NCBI GenBank assembly: GCA_003559735.1
Contig: PWKN01000260.1
Coordinates: forward strand, 6,235-70,234
Direction: 5' to 3'
DNA: 64,000 nt
DNA from: Bacteroidales bacterium
GTDB lineage: Bacteria > Bacteroidota > Bacteroidia > Bacteroidales > UBA7960
Shown here in pieces: positions 1 to 9,621 of this stretch. Under the pieces are notes generated by a model. It worked only from the letters and a program-made list of their open reading frames with translations, was not told the DNA's origin and made no database searches. The stretch's first letter is position 1; every line of letters starts with the position of its first letter. A program made the translations under genes and the position numbers.

Positions 1-100
1 ATATGTCTTTCTGCGTGTGTCATTTGAATATTTTACTACAAATTTACAAAAATTATTTTTCTGTTCGTAATTTTTCGATTTCTGCGGATGTCTTGCCTAT

Positions 101-390
101 AACATGCTGATAAAACAGCCGGAAGGAGTAAATCCTGCTTCATATTATCAAAAAGCCAAAGATTGATGAAAAGGGAAATGTTGCTTACGTGGTGTACACC
201 GGAGAGGATATTACGGAACGCAAGAGGGCAGAAAATGAACTGATCACTGCCCCTGAACAGGCTCAGGCTGCAAGCAAGGCCAGGTCGGAATTCCTGGCCA
301 ACATAAGCCATGGGATCAGAACCCCGCTCAATGGTGTGATCGGATTCACCGACCTGCTCAAAAAGACCGAACTGGATGACCGGCAAAAAC
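101..390 (+). pseudogene. Out-of-frame remnant of a hybrid histidine-kinase paralogue (N-terminal 22 nt fused to the PAS-end/HisKA region)
   Basis: nt 101-122 match nt 738-759 of the intact kinase gene. nt 115-390 align without gaps to nt 1554-1829 (about 17 mismatches in 276 nt by hand alignment). The junction falls in the shared 8-mer acagccgg. The junction is out of frame, and a TAA (gag taa) replaces gag aaa. The H-box reads [10 protein letters not shown] instead of [10 protein letters not shown]. Confidence 0.7.
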
Positions 391-537
391 GAACAGGCCA
401 AACAAACCTGGGATCAGGTCCCTGCGTATCAGGTTGGCACCGTATGCTGCAGAAAAGGAGGGTGCTGTACCGCTGCCCCCCATGTTGATAGCCAGAAACA
501 TGGCTACAAGCAGTGGAATAATGTAAATTGATATCAT
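391..537 (-). pseudogene. N-terminal fragment (about 49 codons) of a PiT/PHO4-like anion permease, truncated at the junction with the kinase remnant
   Basis: Hand translation from the ATG at 537 gives [49 protein letters not shown]. This is a TM helix followed by an NMG-x5-SF-x4-G pattern resembling the PiT signature (FNMGANDVANSFGTSVG). The frame runs into antisense kinase-remnant sequence and stops at 358-360. The family call is from motif recall only. Confidence 0.35.
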
Positions 538-622
538 CAGGTCTTGTTAACTGTATTGGTCACGCCATTCAACCTTTCTTGCCTTTTACAGCGGTTCAGC
601 GAATATCTTATTGGAAAACCAC

Positions 623-630
623 TATATTTG
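623..630 (+). promoter_or_regulatory. Bacteroidota-type -7 promoter motif (TATATTTG)
   Basis: Matches the TAnnTTTG consensus, about 95 nt upstream of the kinase ATG at 725. Confidence 0.35.
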
Positions 631-724
631 CAGATATTTACCGAATATATGTGCATTGTCTTATAAATCATTCAGCTATCCCTGGTTGGGGCTGGTTTTT
701 GGGGCGCCAATATAATCATTTATT

Positions 725-3646
725 ATGAAGTCAGATAAACATGCTGATAAAACAGCCGGGGAAAATGCTTCTGTTAACCGGGAAAAGATCATTTCCGAAG
801 CTTCACGTGCTTTTCTTGAATTTACTTCGGAAGATGTCAGCTATCACTATATTGCCCGTCAAATGCTGTCCATTTCAGGTGCCGCTGCACTGGCAATAAA
901 TAAGTTCGACCGTGATGGAAAAGGGTTTACTACAGTTGCGCTGGTTGGACACTCAAAGATCATAAAACATGCAAACAGGATACTGGGTTTTGAAGCGGCA
1001 GGGAAAAAATGGCCGTATGATGCCCGAAGGGAAGCATTGATCAAAGACAAAAAAACCACCCGCTTTGCTTATCTTCATGAGCTTACCGGAAAGGTATTGC
1101 CGGTTAATGTAATCCGGTTGATTGAAAAAACATTCGGACTGGGTGAGTGTGTGATCGTTAAGACCACCAAAGGGGATACCATGATTGGTGATTTTACCTT
1201 GTTTTATAAAAAAGGGACTGGATTGGCCAACCAGGAGGAGGTTGAGGGGTATGCCGATATGGTGGGTATGTTATTCGGCAAGCTGGATGCAGAGGCTGAA
1301 CTGAAGAACCGGAAAGACGAACTGACCGTCCTGGCTGACAATATTTCAACGCAAATATGGTACCTGAAAGATGAACGCACCTATGGTGCCGTTAATCAAG
1401 CCCATGCCGACTTCCTGGGTGTTGAAAAATCCGCGCTCGAACATAAGGATATTGCAGATGTATTTCTGCCTGATGAGGTGCAGCTGAATATTGAGGGAAA
1501 CCGGAAGGTTTTTCAAAGCAAGCAGACTGTCATTACCGATGAGTGGGTTAAAGACAGCCGGAAGGAGAAACGCCTGCTTCATATTATCAAAAAGCCAAAG
1601 ATTGATGCAAAGGGCAATGTTGCTTACGTGGTGTGCACCGGGGAGGATATTACTGAACGCAAGAGGGCAGAAAATGAACTGATCACTGCCCGTGAACAGG
1701 CTCAGGCTGCAAGCAAGGCTAAGTCGGAGTTCCTGGCCAACATGAGCCATGAGATCAGAACCCCGCTCAATGGCGTGATCGGATTCACCGATCTGCTTAA
1801 AAAGACCGAACTGGATGACCGGCAAAAACAGTACCTGGAAAATGCCAGCGTTTCAGCCCTTATGCTGATGGAGGTGATCGATGACATACTGGATTTTTCC
1901 AGGATTGAATCGGGAAAACTGGAACTTTTTCCTGAGGAAACCGATATTGTTAAACTTACGGAGCAGTCGGCAGACATCGTTAAACAAGCGGCATCGGAAA
2001 AAGGACTGGAGTTGCTGCTGAACATACAACCCGGAGTGCCTCGTGTGGCCGTCGTTGATCCGGTTCGCCTGAAGCAGGTGCTGGTCAATATTTTGAGCAA
2101 TGCCGTAAAGTTTACGCCTAAGGGTGAGGTGGAACTAAGGGTCAGTTCTTCAATCATAGATAAAGACCGGTGCACACTGCACTTTTCTGTCCGCGACACG
2201 GGGATAGGCATCAAAAAAGAACAGCAGAAATACCTGTTCGATCCATTTTACCAGGCTGACGTTTCGACCACACGAAAGTATGGGGGAACCGGCCTGGGGT
2301 TGCCCATATCTGGTTTGCTGGCCGATAAGATGGGTGGGACCATATCTTTGTCCAGTACCCCGGGAAAGGGCTCTGCGTTTGTTTTCAGTGTTGAAACGGA
2401 TTATGGAACGGGCGGGGAGCCAGACATCAGCAGCATCGGCGGAATCAGGAATGTGCTGGTGGTTGATGATAACAAAAATAACCGGCTGATACTAAAAACC
2501 ATCCTGGAGGGCTGGGGCATCCACTGTAAGGGCTCCGGCAGCGGGACATCTGCCCTGCAGCGTATTGAGAAGGCAAGGAAACCCTTTGATGTGGTTATAG
2601 TTGACTATGATATGCCGGTGGTCGACGGACTTGAGGTGATCCGGGTGATCAGGGAAAAAATGGGACTTCCTGCAAAACAACAACCTGTGATCCTCCTGCA
2701 CGGTTCTGCCGATGACAGCAAGATCCATCACGAATGCAAACGCCTGGATGTTGTGCACAAAATTGTAAAACCGGTAAAGCAGGGCGAACTGTTTTCTGCG
2801 CTGCAACACATTCAGCAACGATTTCAAATGACAGAAGAACCGGTGCCAGTTACCCGGCAGTCAGAAGAGTCCCTTTTATCAGAAAAAAATGCATTAAGGG
2901 TGCTTCTTGTTGAAGATGTTGCACTGAATATGGAGCTGATGAAGGCTGTGCTGACGAAAATGGCGCCACAAGCCATAGTGCTTGAGGCCGGTAATGGAAA
3001 AGAAGCTGTTGACGCGGTACAGGAAGGGGGTGAGTTCGATATGATCTTTATGGACATCCAGATGCCTGTGATGGATGGGGTCGAAGCAACCCGTGTCATC
3101 CGTGCAATTGAGAAGAAGCTGCGCAGATATACCCCCATCATTGCACTTACCGCCGGGGTCGTGAAGGGAGAAAAAGAAAAATGCCTGGAGGCGGGGATGG
3201 ATGATTTCTTATCCAAGCCCCTGAATCAGAAAATGCTGGCGGGGATCCTTGAGAAATATGCAGATCTGAAGGCCCGGAAACCCGGACAAAAACAGATTGC
3301 CCCGGGAAACATCTCCACACATTTCAATTTGGAGGACCTTTTGGAGCGAACCGGATTAGAGGAAGAAGACATAATGGATCTGGCCAGGAAAACGCTGACA
3401 TTACTTAACGACCATATCAGGCAAATTGATACTGCTGTTGATCAGCACAAAGAGGAAGAATTAAGGTTACAGGCGCACGCCCTGAAGGGTGCATCGCTAA
3501 ATATGGGATTTGTGCACCTGGCTGATCTTGCAGAAAGGTTGGAACATTTACAAGCGGATCAATGGGACAAGGTGGCGGCATACAGTATGGCAACAAAAGC
3601 AGAGTGGCAGCTGCTGAATAACCTGTTGAAAGGAGAAGCGATATAA
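725..3646 (+). CDS. Cytoplasmic hybrid sensor histidine kinase (GAF-like/PAS - HisKA - HATPase - REC - REC - HPt)
   Basis: H-box [19 protein letters not shown]2 box [12 protein letters not shown]. Two receiver domains ([10 protein letters not shown]...[10 protein letters not shown]...KPV and [10 protein letters not shown]...[10 protein letters not shown]...SKP). C-terminal HPt motif [13 protein letters not shown]. No obvious TM segment. Confidence 0.9.
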   Translation: MKSDKHADKTAGENASVNREKIISEASRAFLEFTSEDVSYHYIARQMLSISGAAALAINKFDRDGKGFTTVALVGHSKIIKHANRILGFEAAGKKWPYDARREALIKDKKTTRFAYLHELTGKVLPVNVIRLIEKTFGLGECVIVKTTKGDTMIGDFTLFYKKGTGLANQEEVEGYADMVGMLFGKLDAEAELKNRKDELTVLADNISTQIWYLKDERTYGAVNQAHADFLGVEKSALEHKDIADVFLPDEVQLNIEGNRKVFQSKQTVITDEWVKDSRKEKRLLHIIKKPKIDAKGNVAYVVCTGEDITERKRAENELITAREQAQAASKAKSEFLANMSHEIRTPLNGVIGFTDLLKKTELDDRQKQYLENASVSALMLMEVIDDILDFSRIESGKLELFPEETDIVKLTEQSADIVKQAASEKGLELLLNIQPGVPRVAVVDPVRLKQVLVNILSNAVKFTPKGEVELRVSSSIIDKDRCTLHFSVRDTGIGIKKEQQKYLFDPFYQADVSTTRKYGGTGLGLPISGLLADKMGGTISLSSTPGKGSAFVFSVETDYGTGGEPDISSIGGIRNVLVVDDNKNNRLILKTILEGWGIHCKGSGSGTSALQRIEKARKPFDVVIVDYDMPVVDGLEVIRVIREKMGLPAKQQPVILLHGSADDSKIHHECKRLDVVHKIVKPVKQGELFSALQHIQQRFQMTEEPVPVTRQSEESLLSEKNALRVLLVEDVALNMELMKAVLTKMAPQAIVLEAGNGKEAVDAVQEGGEFDMIFMDIQMPVMDGVEATRVIRAIEKKLRRYTPIIALTAGVVKGEKEKCLEAGMDDFLSKPLNQKMLAGILEKYADLKARKPGQKQIAPGNISTHFNLEDLLERTGLEEEDIMDLARKTLTLLNDHIRQIDTAVDQHKEEELRLQAHALKGASLNMGFVHLADLAERLEHLQADQWDKVAAYSMATKAEWQLLNNLLKGEAI

Positions 3647-3678
3647 AAAAAGTATACCGCGCCGGGTGCCGGGATCTC

Positions 3679-5253
3679 TTATGTTGTTTCTTCCGCTGCT
3701 GCGACCGGGTGTTCCGTATACACGTCACGCGGTTCCTTTACCAGCGACCATGCAAGGGCGGAAATGCCCACGGTGATGGCGCAGACAATAAATATAACCC
3801 CCTTGTCGTCAGCCTCATCAACCAGTTCACCAACTCCAAAGGAGGAAACAAACTGTGGCAATACGACCGACAGGTTGAACAGCCCCATGTACAGACCCAT
3901 CCGTGACTGTGGGATCTTTTGCGACATGATGGCAAACGGCAGACTGATGGTTGCTGCCCATCCGATACCTACCACTGCCATCAGCAAATAAATGGCCATG
4001 GGTGAATAACCGAAATAGAGTATGCTGAAATAGCCTGCCGACATACTGGCAATACATACTGCGTGGGTTTTTACCCTGCCAAACCGTGCAGCAAGCGGCT
4101 CAAGAAAAAGTACGGGGATGATGGCAGCCACCAGATTGAGCGAAAAAAAGCTCCAGTTGACGATCCGTCCGATCATATCGTTGATTTCCTGGTTAACGGC
4201 TTCTGCAGCGCCATTCTCAGCCAGGATGGCCGGGTCGATCTCCGCATTGGCCAGCTCAGGCACACGGTACCTGACAAAAGCGAATAGATAAATAAACATT
4301 GTCTGAACCCCGATCCAGGTAAATGAGTGGGCTGCCAGCACCTTTCTGAATCCCGTCAGTCCGTCTTTCTCTTTTGACTTCCCTTCCTCCTTGCGACTCA
4401 GGGTGATGACCATCACCACGATGGTGACCATCAGGCAGAATATCTCAAACCCATAGCCGGGAATGACGGGCATCCCGCCCAGGCGCACCAGAAAACCATA
4501 AATGGCGTAAAGGAGGAATCCCCAAAGGGGCAGGATGGTCTTCATGATCTCAATGAATGATGCCTCACTGCGTCCCCCGGATTTTTCGGACTTTTCGGGC
4601 TCGTCGTCGATGTCGGCCTGACCGTAGCGTCCGAGACGACGTGGTTCCTTGATGAAGAAGGGGGGAAGCACGGAGAAAAGAAACACCAGGATCACTCCAA
4701 AATAGATCAGCACGTAATTGTCCCACACCGCACCGACAAGATAGGCAAGTACGCCGAACGACCCGGATACGGTTTGCATCCAGGTATACCCTTTGGTGCG
4801 GGGACGCCCTTCGGGGGTTACATCGGCAATGATCGACCGGGTGGGATTAAAGCTGATGTTGATGGCCAGGTCTATGGTCAGTGATACAACGATGGCTATG
4901 CCGAGCACACCGTCGATACCCATACCTGACTGGATGACCCCAATATTTGGAAGTGCAAGCAATCCGAGGGCGGCCAGAACCCCGCCAATCCAGATGAACG
5001 CCCTGCGGCGCCCGTTCCATATCCATACGTTGTCGCTGATAATGCCAATGAGCACCTGGCCAATGATACCGGCAAGCGGACCCGTAGCCCAGACCAGTCC
5101 GATATCCCTGATCTCCAATCCGTATTTTGTGCTCAGCATCCAGCTAAGGGCTGCGATCTGCACAGCAAGTCCGAAGCCCATCGCCGTGGCAGGCAAGCTT
5201 AACAGTGCATAAAATGTGTTGCTTAACTTTTTCTGAAAAGGGAGCATAGGCAT
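3679..5253 (-). CDS. MFS-type transporter (sugar/cation symporter-like, SLC45/GPH-like)
   Basis: Hydrophobic multi-TM profile over about 520 aa with an MFS-like loop motif WNGRRRAFIWIG. Start placed at the ATG at 5253 (MPMLPFQKK...) because a -7 motif lies at 5278-5285. The ORF is open up to 5319. Confidence 0.6.
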   Translation of the reverse strand: MPMLPFQKKLSNTFYALLSLPATAMGFGLAVQIAALSWMLSTKYGLEIRDIGLVWATGPLAGIIGQVLIGIISDNVWIWNGRRRAFIWIGGVLAALGLLALPNIGVIQSGMGIDGVLGIAIVVSLTIDLAINISFNPTRSIIADVTPEGRPRTKGYTWMQTVSGSFGVLAYLVGAVWDNYVLIYFGVILVFLFSVLPPFFIKEPRRLGRYGQADIDDEPEKSEKSGGRSEASFIEIMKTILPLWGFLLYAIYGFLVRLGGMPVIPGYGFEIFCLMVTIVVMVITLSRKEEGKSKEKDGLTGFRKVLAAHSFTWIGVQTMFIYLFAFVRYRVPELANAEIDPAILAENGAAEAVNQEINDMIGRIVNWSFFSLNLVAAIIPVLFLEPLAARFGRVKTHAVCIASMSAGYFSILYFGYSPMAIYLLMAVVGIGWAATISLPFAIMSQKIPQSRMGLYMGLFNLSVVLPQFVSSFGVGELVDEADDKGVIFIVCAITVGISALAWSLVKEPRDVYTEHPVAAAEETT

Positions 5254-5277
5254 ATTGTTTACAGGGGGATAAAAATA

Positions 5278-5285
5278 CAAATTTA
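5278..5285 (-). promoter_or_regulatory. -7 promoter motif (TAAATTTG on minus strand)
   Basis: TAnnTTTG match 25 nt upstream of the ATG at 5253. Confidence 0.35.
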
Positions 5286-5358
5286 GATGTTTATGCAATT
5301 GAATTCTAAAGAAAATCACAACAAAGATTTTATGTTATGATATTCGCACAGAAACCAT

Positions 5359-5366
5359 TAATTTTG
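5359..5366 (+). promoter_or_regulatory. -7 promoter motif (TAATTTTG)
   Basis: TAnnTTTG match 19 nt upstream of the ATG at 5385. This argues against the 5337 start given in the ORF track. Confidence 0.35.
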
Positions 5367-5384
5367 CATGATAATTCGGCAGAG

Positions 5385-6122
5385 ATGATGTGGCCTCATA
5401 TTTTACTTTTTGGAATTAGCGGTGGAGAAATTTTAATCCTTCTCCTGCTGGTACTTATATTGTTTGGTCCGAAAAAGATCCCGGAAATTGCACGTATGGT
5501 GGGAAAAGGGATGAACGAGGTAAAAAAGGTGCAGCGGGAGATCAATACGGAGATCAGCAGGTATTCTTCTGAAATCGACAACGAGGTCAGAAAGATGGAA
5601 CCTGATGAAAGAAAGAAACTGAGTGAGCCGGTGAAGGCACAGATGGCTGACAAGAAACAGGATCCATATTATTCGGGGGTTTACCCTGCAGGGGAACAGC
5701 CCGATAAGGTGGATGGAAAATTTGCCGGTACATCATCCGCTTCTGCGGACAAGGAAAAGGTGAAGTCAGCGGGTTCGGCTGCACCGTCTGACAAGGTAAA
5801 CACCCCAAAGGCATCCCGCCCGACTGAAAAGGCAAAAGCTACCAGTCCGCCAAGGCAGGCAGCAAAAGCCAGGAAAAAGTCCGACAACGCACCTGCACAA
5901 GTGGAAAAAGCCAGGAAAAAGTCCGACAACGCACCTGCACAGGTGGAAAAGGCCAGGAAAACAGCTGGCAAAGCGTCAGTAAAGGGAGAAAACAAGGCAA
6001 AGTCAGCCAGCACTTCCGGGAAGGCAGCAAAGGGCAAGCCGAAGGATAAGGTAGTCCCCGGTCACGCTGATAAGGGCAGCAAGAAGGGTTCCGGAAAAAA
6101 GGACAACAGTGGCAAGGCATAA
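5385..6122 (+). CDS. tatA: Twin-arginine translocase TatA/E-family protein with a long Lys/Ala/Ser/Pro-rich C-terminal tail
   Basis: N-terminus GGEILILLLLVLILFGPKKIPEIARMVGKGMNEVKK is the TatA TM helix plus amphipathic helix signature. About 180 further residues are low-complexity and basic, with a 14-aa tandem repeat. Confidence 0.75.
   Translation: MMWPHILLFGISGGEILILLLLVLILFGPKKIPEIARMVGKGMNEVKKVQREINTEISRYSSEIDNEVRKMEPDERKKLSEPVKAQMADKKQDPYYSGVYPAGEQPDKVDGKFAGTSSASADKEKVKSAGSAAPSDKVNTPKASRPTEKAKATSPPRQAAKARKKSDNAPAQVEKARKKSDNAPAQVEKARKTAGKASVKGENKAKSASTSGKAAKGKPKDKVVPGHADKGSKKGSGKKDNSGKA
5868..5962. repeat. 42-bp tandem repeat x2.3 inside the tatA tail (encodes ARKKSDNAPAQVEK units)
   Basis: gccaggaaaaagtccgacaacgcacctgcaca[a/g]gtggaaaa[a/g] occurs twice, followed by a partial third unit. 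Confidence 0.9.
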
Positions 6123-6238
6123 ATCGTGCAGTGCCATTGCAATGTTTCTTTGCCATCTGCGTTATTGATTGCAGAAATTAAAATGGCCGACGAACACAAG
6201 GGGAAGCATTAAAAACGAATAAACAGGGATCCAGACAT

Positions 6239-8296
6239 ATGCACGGCAACAAGCTGTTCTTTATTTCGCTCATTCTGTTATTGTTTGTATTTCCGGACGA
6301 CCTCTTTGCTCAAAACAGGCGACTGGAAAGAGCTGAAAGGGCTTTTGAGCTTCGTCAGTATGATGAGGCCGTCGACCTTTACCGGAGGGCCTATAACCGG
6401 GTGCGGCGCCGCGACAGGAGGGAGGCAACGCGGTTGATCTTTCAGATCGCCCTTTGCCACAAGTACACCAACAATCACCGGATGGCCGAAGCATGGTTTA
6501 ACCGTGCCGTTCGCAGCAATTACCCCGATCCGGTTGCCATACTGTACCTCGCCGATGCAATGATGAATAATGGCAAGTATGACGATGCCCTTGAGCAGTA
6601 CAAGAAATATGCTGAAAAGGTTCCTGACGACTGGCGTGGTCCAAGGGGCATTGCTTCAGTCGAACTGGCCAGGAAACTGAAGGAAGAGCCAAATGAATAT
6701 GACGTGGAGGCCATCAGGTTGTTTAATTCGCGGTATGATGACTTCACGCCTGCCTTTGCTGATCACCGGGCAACAAGCCTGATATTCGCCTCATCAAGAG
6801 ATGATGCCCTGGGTCGTGAAAATGATCCGTGGACGGGAAACAAGCATAGTTCTTTCTTCATAACTTTCCAGGACAGGGCGGGCGACTGGGGGAGACCCAG
6901 GCTGCTGGATGAGGGTCCCATAAATACCGAATACAACGAAGGAGCCCCATCCGTTAACGCTTCGGCCACGGAAATGTTCTTTACCCGCTGTGTGCGGGCC
7001 GAAGATGTGGACATGGGGTGCAGGATTTACAAGGCAACAAGGGATGGGGCCAACTGGACGAATCCGCAGGTGGTTCCACTGACAACCGACAGCCTGGTAA
7101 CCGTCGGCCACCCAGCCATCAGTCCGGATGAACTGACCCTCTATTTTGCATCAGACATGGCGGGAAGTATCGGTGAGATGGATATATGGGTAGTACGCCG
7201 TAACAGTCCGGGAGGTGAGTTCGGACAACCCGAAAACCTGGGAGAACCGATCAACACCAAGGGAACCGAAATGTTCCCGTATGTCCACGAGGATGGGAGT
7301 CTCTATTTTGCTTCCGACGGACATCCGGGTATGGGGGGACTGGATATTTTCAGAACGAGCTTAACACCAGATGGGTGGACAGAACCGGAAAACCTGGGTA
7401 CCCCAATCAACAGTGCGGCAGATGACTTTGGCATTGTCTTCAAACCCGGACTCGAACAGGGTTTCTTCTCATCAAACCGTGGGCGAACGGGTTCCTATGA
7501 TATCCATTCATTTTATCTTGCACCGGTGTTGTTCTCCATCAGCGGAACAGTGTATGATGACAGCACACAAACCACCCTGCGCGGGGCTGTTGTCCAGCTG
7601 CTGGGATCTGACGGTTCACTCATACAAACGGAAACCGACAGGGACGGCAGCTATATGTTTGATGAACAGCAAGTCAGGGAGAATACAAGCTATGAGATCC
7701 TGGTCAATATGACAGGCTATTTTTCAGGCCGTGCACAGGAGTCGACTGTCGGACTGGATCGCAGCAGGGATTTTGAGGTGGATGTTTCGATCGCTCCCAT
7801 CCCGGTTACCGCCATTGCATTGCCTGAGATCCTCTATGAGTTTGACAGCTGGGAGCTGCAGACACAGTTCAAGGACTCATTGAACGGACTGGTCCAGACC
7901 ATGCGCGACAATCCCAACATCGTGATTGAACTGGCGTCCCATACCGACAGCCGGGGTACCCATGAATACAATGACACCCTGTCACAACACCGTGCACAGG
8001 CAGTGGTCAACTACCTGGTGGAACAGGGGATTGAAAAGGAAAGGCTGGAAGCCGTCGGGTACGGGAAACGAAAACCAAGACTGATCGAAACAACCATCGA
8101 ACGGGATGGTTATGTGTTTGAAGCCGGTACTGAGCTTACAGAGCAGTATATCGATAGCCTGACTGATGAAGATCAGCAGGAATTGGCACACCAGTTGAAC
8201 CGGCGTACGGAATTCAGGGTGACCAGGGAAGATTATGAACCACCCGGGCCACCTGAAGAGCAAGGTATTGAAGTCCCAATTGTACCGGAAGAATGA
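6239..8296 (+). CDS. OmpA-family outer-membrane/peptidoglycan-associated protein (TPR - PD40-like beta-propeller - CarbopepD_reg-like - OmpA_C)
   Basis: Signal peptide. C-terminal OmpA-like domain LASHTDSRGTHEYNDTLSQHRAQAVVNYL...AVGYGKRKP...NRRTEFRV. Repeated PD40-like segments (FTPAF..., LYFASD..., GGLDIF...). Confidence 0.8.
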   Translation: MHGNKLFFISLILLLFVFPDDLFAQNRRLERAERAFELRQYDEAVDLYRRAYNRVRRRDRREATRLIFQIALCHKYTNNHRMAEAWFNRAVRSNYPDPVAILYLADAMMNNGKYDDALEQYKKYAEKVPDDWRGPRGIASVELARKLKEEPNEYDVEAIRLFNSRYDDFTPAFADHRATSLIFASSRDDALGRENDPWTGNKHSSFFITFQDRAGDWGRPRLLDEGPINTEYNEGAPSVNASATEMFFTRCVRAEDVDMGCRIYKATRDGANWTNPQVVPLTTDSLVTVGHPAISPDELTLYFASDMAGSIGEMDIWVVRRNSPGGEFGQPENLGEPINTKGTEMFPYVHEDGSLYFASDGHPGMGGLDIFRTSLTPDGWTEPENLGTPINSAADDFGIVFKPGLEQGFFSSNRGRTGSYDIHSFYLAPVLFSISGTVYDDSTQTTLRGAVVQLLGSDGSLIQTETDRDGSYMFDEQQVRENTSYEILVNMTGYFSGRAQESTVGLDRSRDFEVDVSIAPIPVTAIALPEILYEFDSWELQTQFKDSLNGLVQTMRDNPNIVIELASHTDSRGTHEYNDTLSQHRAQAVVNYLVEQGIEKERLEAVGYGKRKPRLIETTIERDGYVFEAGTELTEQYIDSLTDEDQQELAHQLNRRTEFRVTREDYEPPGPPEEQGIEVPIVPEE

Positions 8297-9459
8297 CAGA
8301 TAAATACTATTTAAGGGGTGTCTCGTCTGATAAGGAAGATGTGCACAATGCCATTAGTGGACTTGATAAGGGTCTGTTTCCGAATGCTTTCTGCAAGATT
8401 GTTCCCGATATCCTTGGGGGCGACCCCCGCTATTGCAATGTGATGCACGCAGATGGTGCCGGCACCAAATCCTCACTGGCCTATATTTACTGGAGAGAAA
8501 CCGGCGACATCAAGGTATGGGAAGGCATTGCGCAGGACGCCCTTGTGATGAACCTCGATGACCTGCTCTGTGTGGGTATTACAGGCAACATACTCGTCTC
8601 TTCCACCATCGGACGAAATAAAAACCGTATTCCGGGCGAGGTGATAAAGGCCATCATACACGGTACGGCATCCTTCATTGAAAAGATGAGGGGTCTGGGT
8701 GTAGAGATGGTGTTTTCTGGTGGAGAGACCGCTGACATAGGCGACCTGGTGGGTACCATTGTCGTCGACTCAGCCGTCACCGCCCGTGCCCTGAGAAGCG
8801 AGATCATCACCAATGAGGGTATTGGTGATGGCAATGTGGTCGTCGGACTGGCTTCAGCGGGACAAACTACCTATGAGGACTCCTACAACAGCGGGATAGG
8901 CAGTAACGGTCTTACCTCTGCCCGGCATGACGTGTTTCACAGGATATATGCCGGGAAGTATCCCGAAAGCTATGATGCCAGTCTTGATGAAACCATTGCC
9001 TACACCGGCAGCTGTCTGCTCACTGGCAAACAGGAGGCACTTCCCCTTAATAACGGCCAAATGGTATTGAGTCCGACGAGAACCTATGCCCCCGTAATAA
9101 AAAAGATCCTGCAGCACTTCAGGAAGAACATCCATGGGATGGTTCACTGCAGCGGTGGCGGACAGACAAAAGTGTTGCATTTTGTTGATCATGTGCATGT
9201 CATCAAAGACAACCTGTTCCCCCTGCCCCCGCTGTTTCAAATGATCCAGGAGGAGTCTGGCACCAGTTGGCGCGAAATGTATAAGGTGTTCAACATGGGA
9301 CACCGGTTCGAAATATATACCGATGCCGATGCCGCTAATGAGATCATTGCCCTGGGTGACGAATTCGGACTGGAAGCACGCATTGTTGGCAAAGTAACAG
9401 CTTCTGACCAAAAGCGGCTCACCATCACCGGGACGCACGGTACATTTGTATATTCCTGA
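8293..9459 (+). CDS. purM: AIR synthase-related protein / phosphoribosylformylglycinamidine cyclo-ligase-like
   Basis: HADGAGTKSSLA resembles the PurM DGxGTK motif. Length and N-terminus (YYLRGVSSDKEDVHNAI) fit the Bacteroidota PurM-type proteins I recall. ATGA start/stop overlap with the upstream gene. Confidence 0.55.
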   Translation: MTDKYYLRGVSSDKEDVHNAISGLDKGLFPNAFCKIVPDILGGDPRYCNVMHADGAGTKSSLAYIYWRETGDIKVWEGIAQDALVMNLDDLLCVGITGNILVSSTIGRNKNRIPGEVIKAIIHGTASFIEKMRGLGVEMVFSGGETADIGDLVGTIVVDSAVTARALRSEIITNEGIGDGNVVVGLASAGQTTYEDSYNSGIGSNGLTSARHDVFHRIYAGKYPESYDASLDETIAYTGSCLLTGKQEALPLNNGQMVLSPTRTYAPVIKKILQHFRKNIHGMVHCSGGGQTKVLHFVDHVHVIKDNLFPLPPLFQMIQEESGTSWREMYKVFNMGHRFEIYTDADAANEIIALGDEFGLEARIVGKVTASDQKRLTITGTHGTFVYS

Positions 9460-9482
9460 TTTTCTTTGATGTTCTTTTTTTG

Positions 9483-9490
9483 TAACTTTG
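9483..9490 (+). promoter_or_regulatory. -7 promoter motif (TAACTTTG)
   Basis: TAnnTTTG match about 130 nt upstream of prfA. Confidence 0.3.
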
Positions 9491-9621
9491 CACGCTTAAA
9501 CCTGCATTGTTCAGGCTTTTGATCCGGGTCAGACGCGGAACGCCGAAAGCCGAAAGGCGCCGATGGCAGGCAGATACAATTATTTGTTTGCTTTTCATAA
9601 TGCAGGATAAAAACATGCAAC

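Noticed and set aside
36-401. 121-aa minus-strand ORF
   Set aside because: It is antisense to the kinase remnant and mirrors the equally spurious antisense ORF 1346-1825 opposite the intact kinase. Its apparent conservation is just the DNA duplication.
101-1829. Diversity-generating retroelement (template/variable repeat pair) as an explanation for the duplicated kinase segment
   Set aside because: Of about 17 mismatches, only about 7 are at adenines of one copy. The rest are mixed transitions and transversions. No reverse transcriptase gene lies in the window. The pattern fits ordinary divergence of a pseudogene.
1702-2214. 170-aa minus-strand ORF and the other ORFs nested in 725-3646
   Set aside because: They are antisense shadows of a kinase gene that is well supported by motifs. 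Their composition is low-complexity and Ser-rich.
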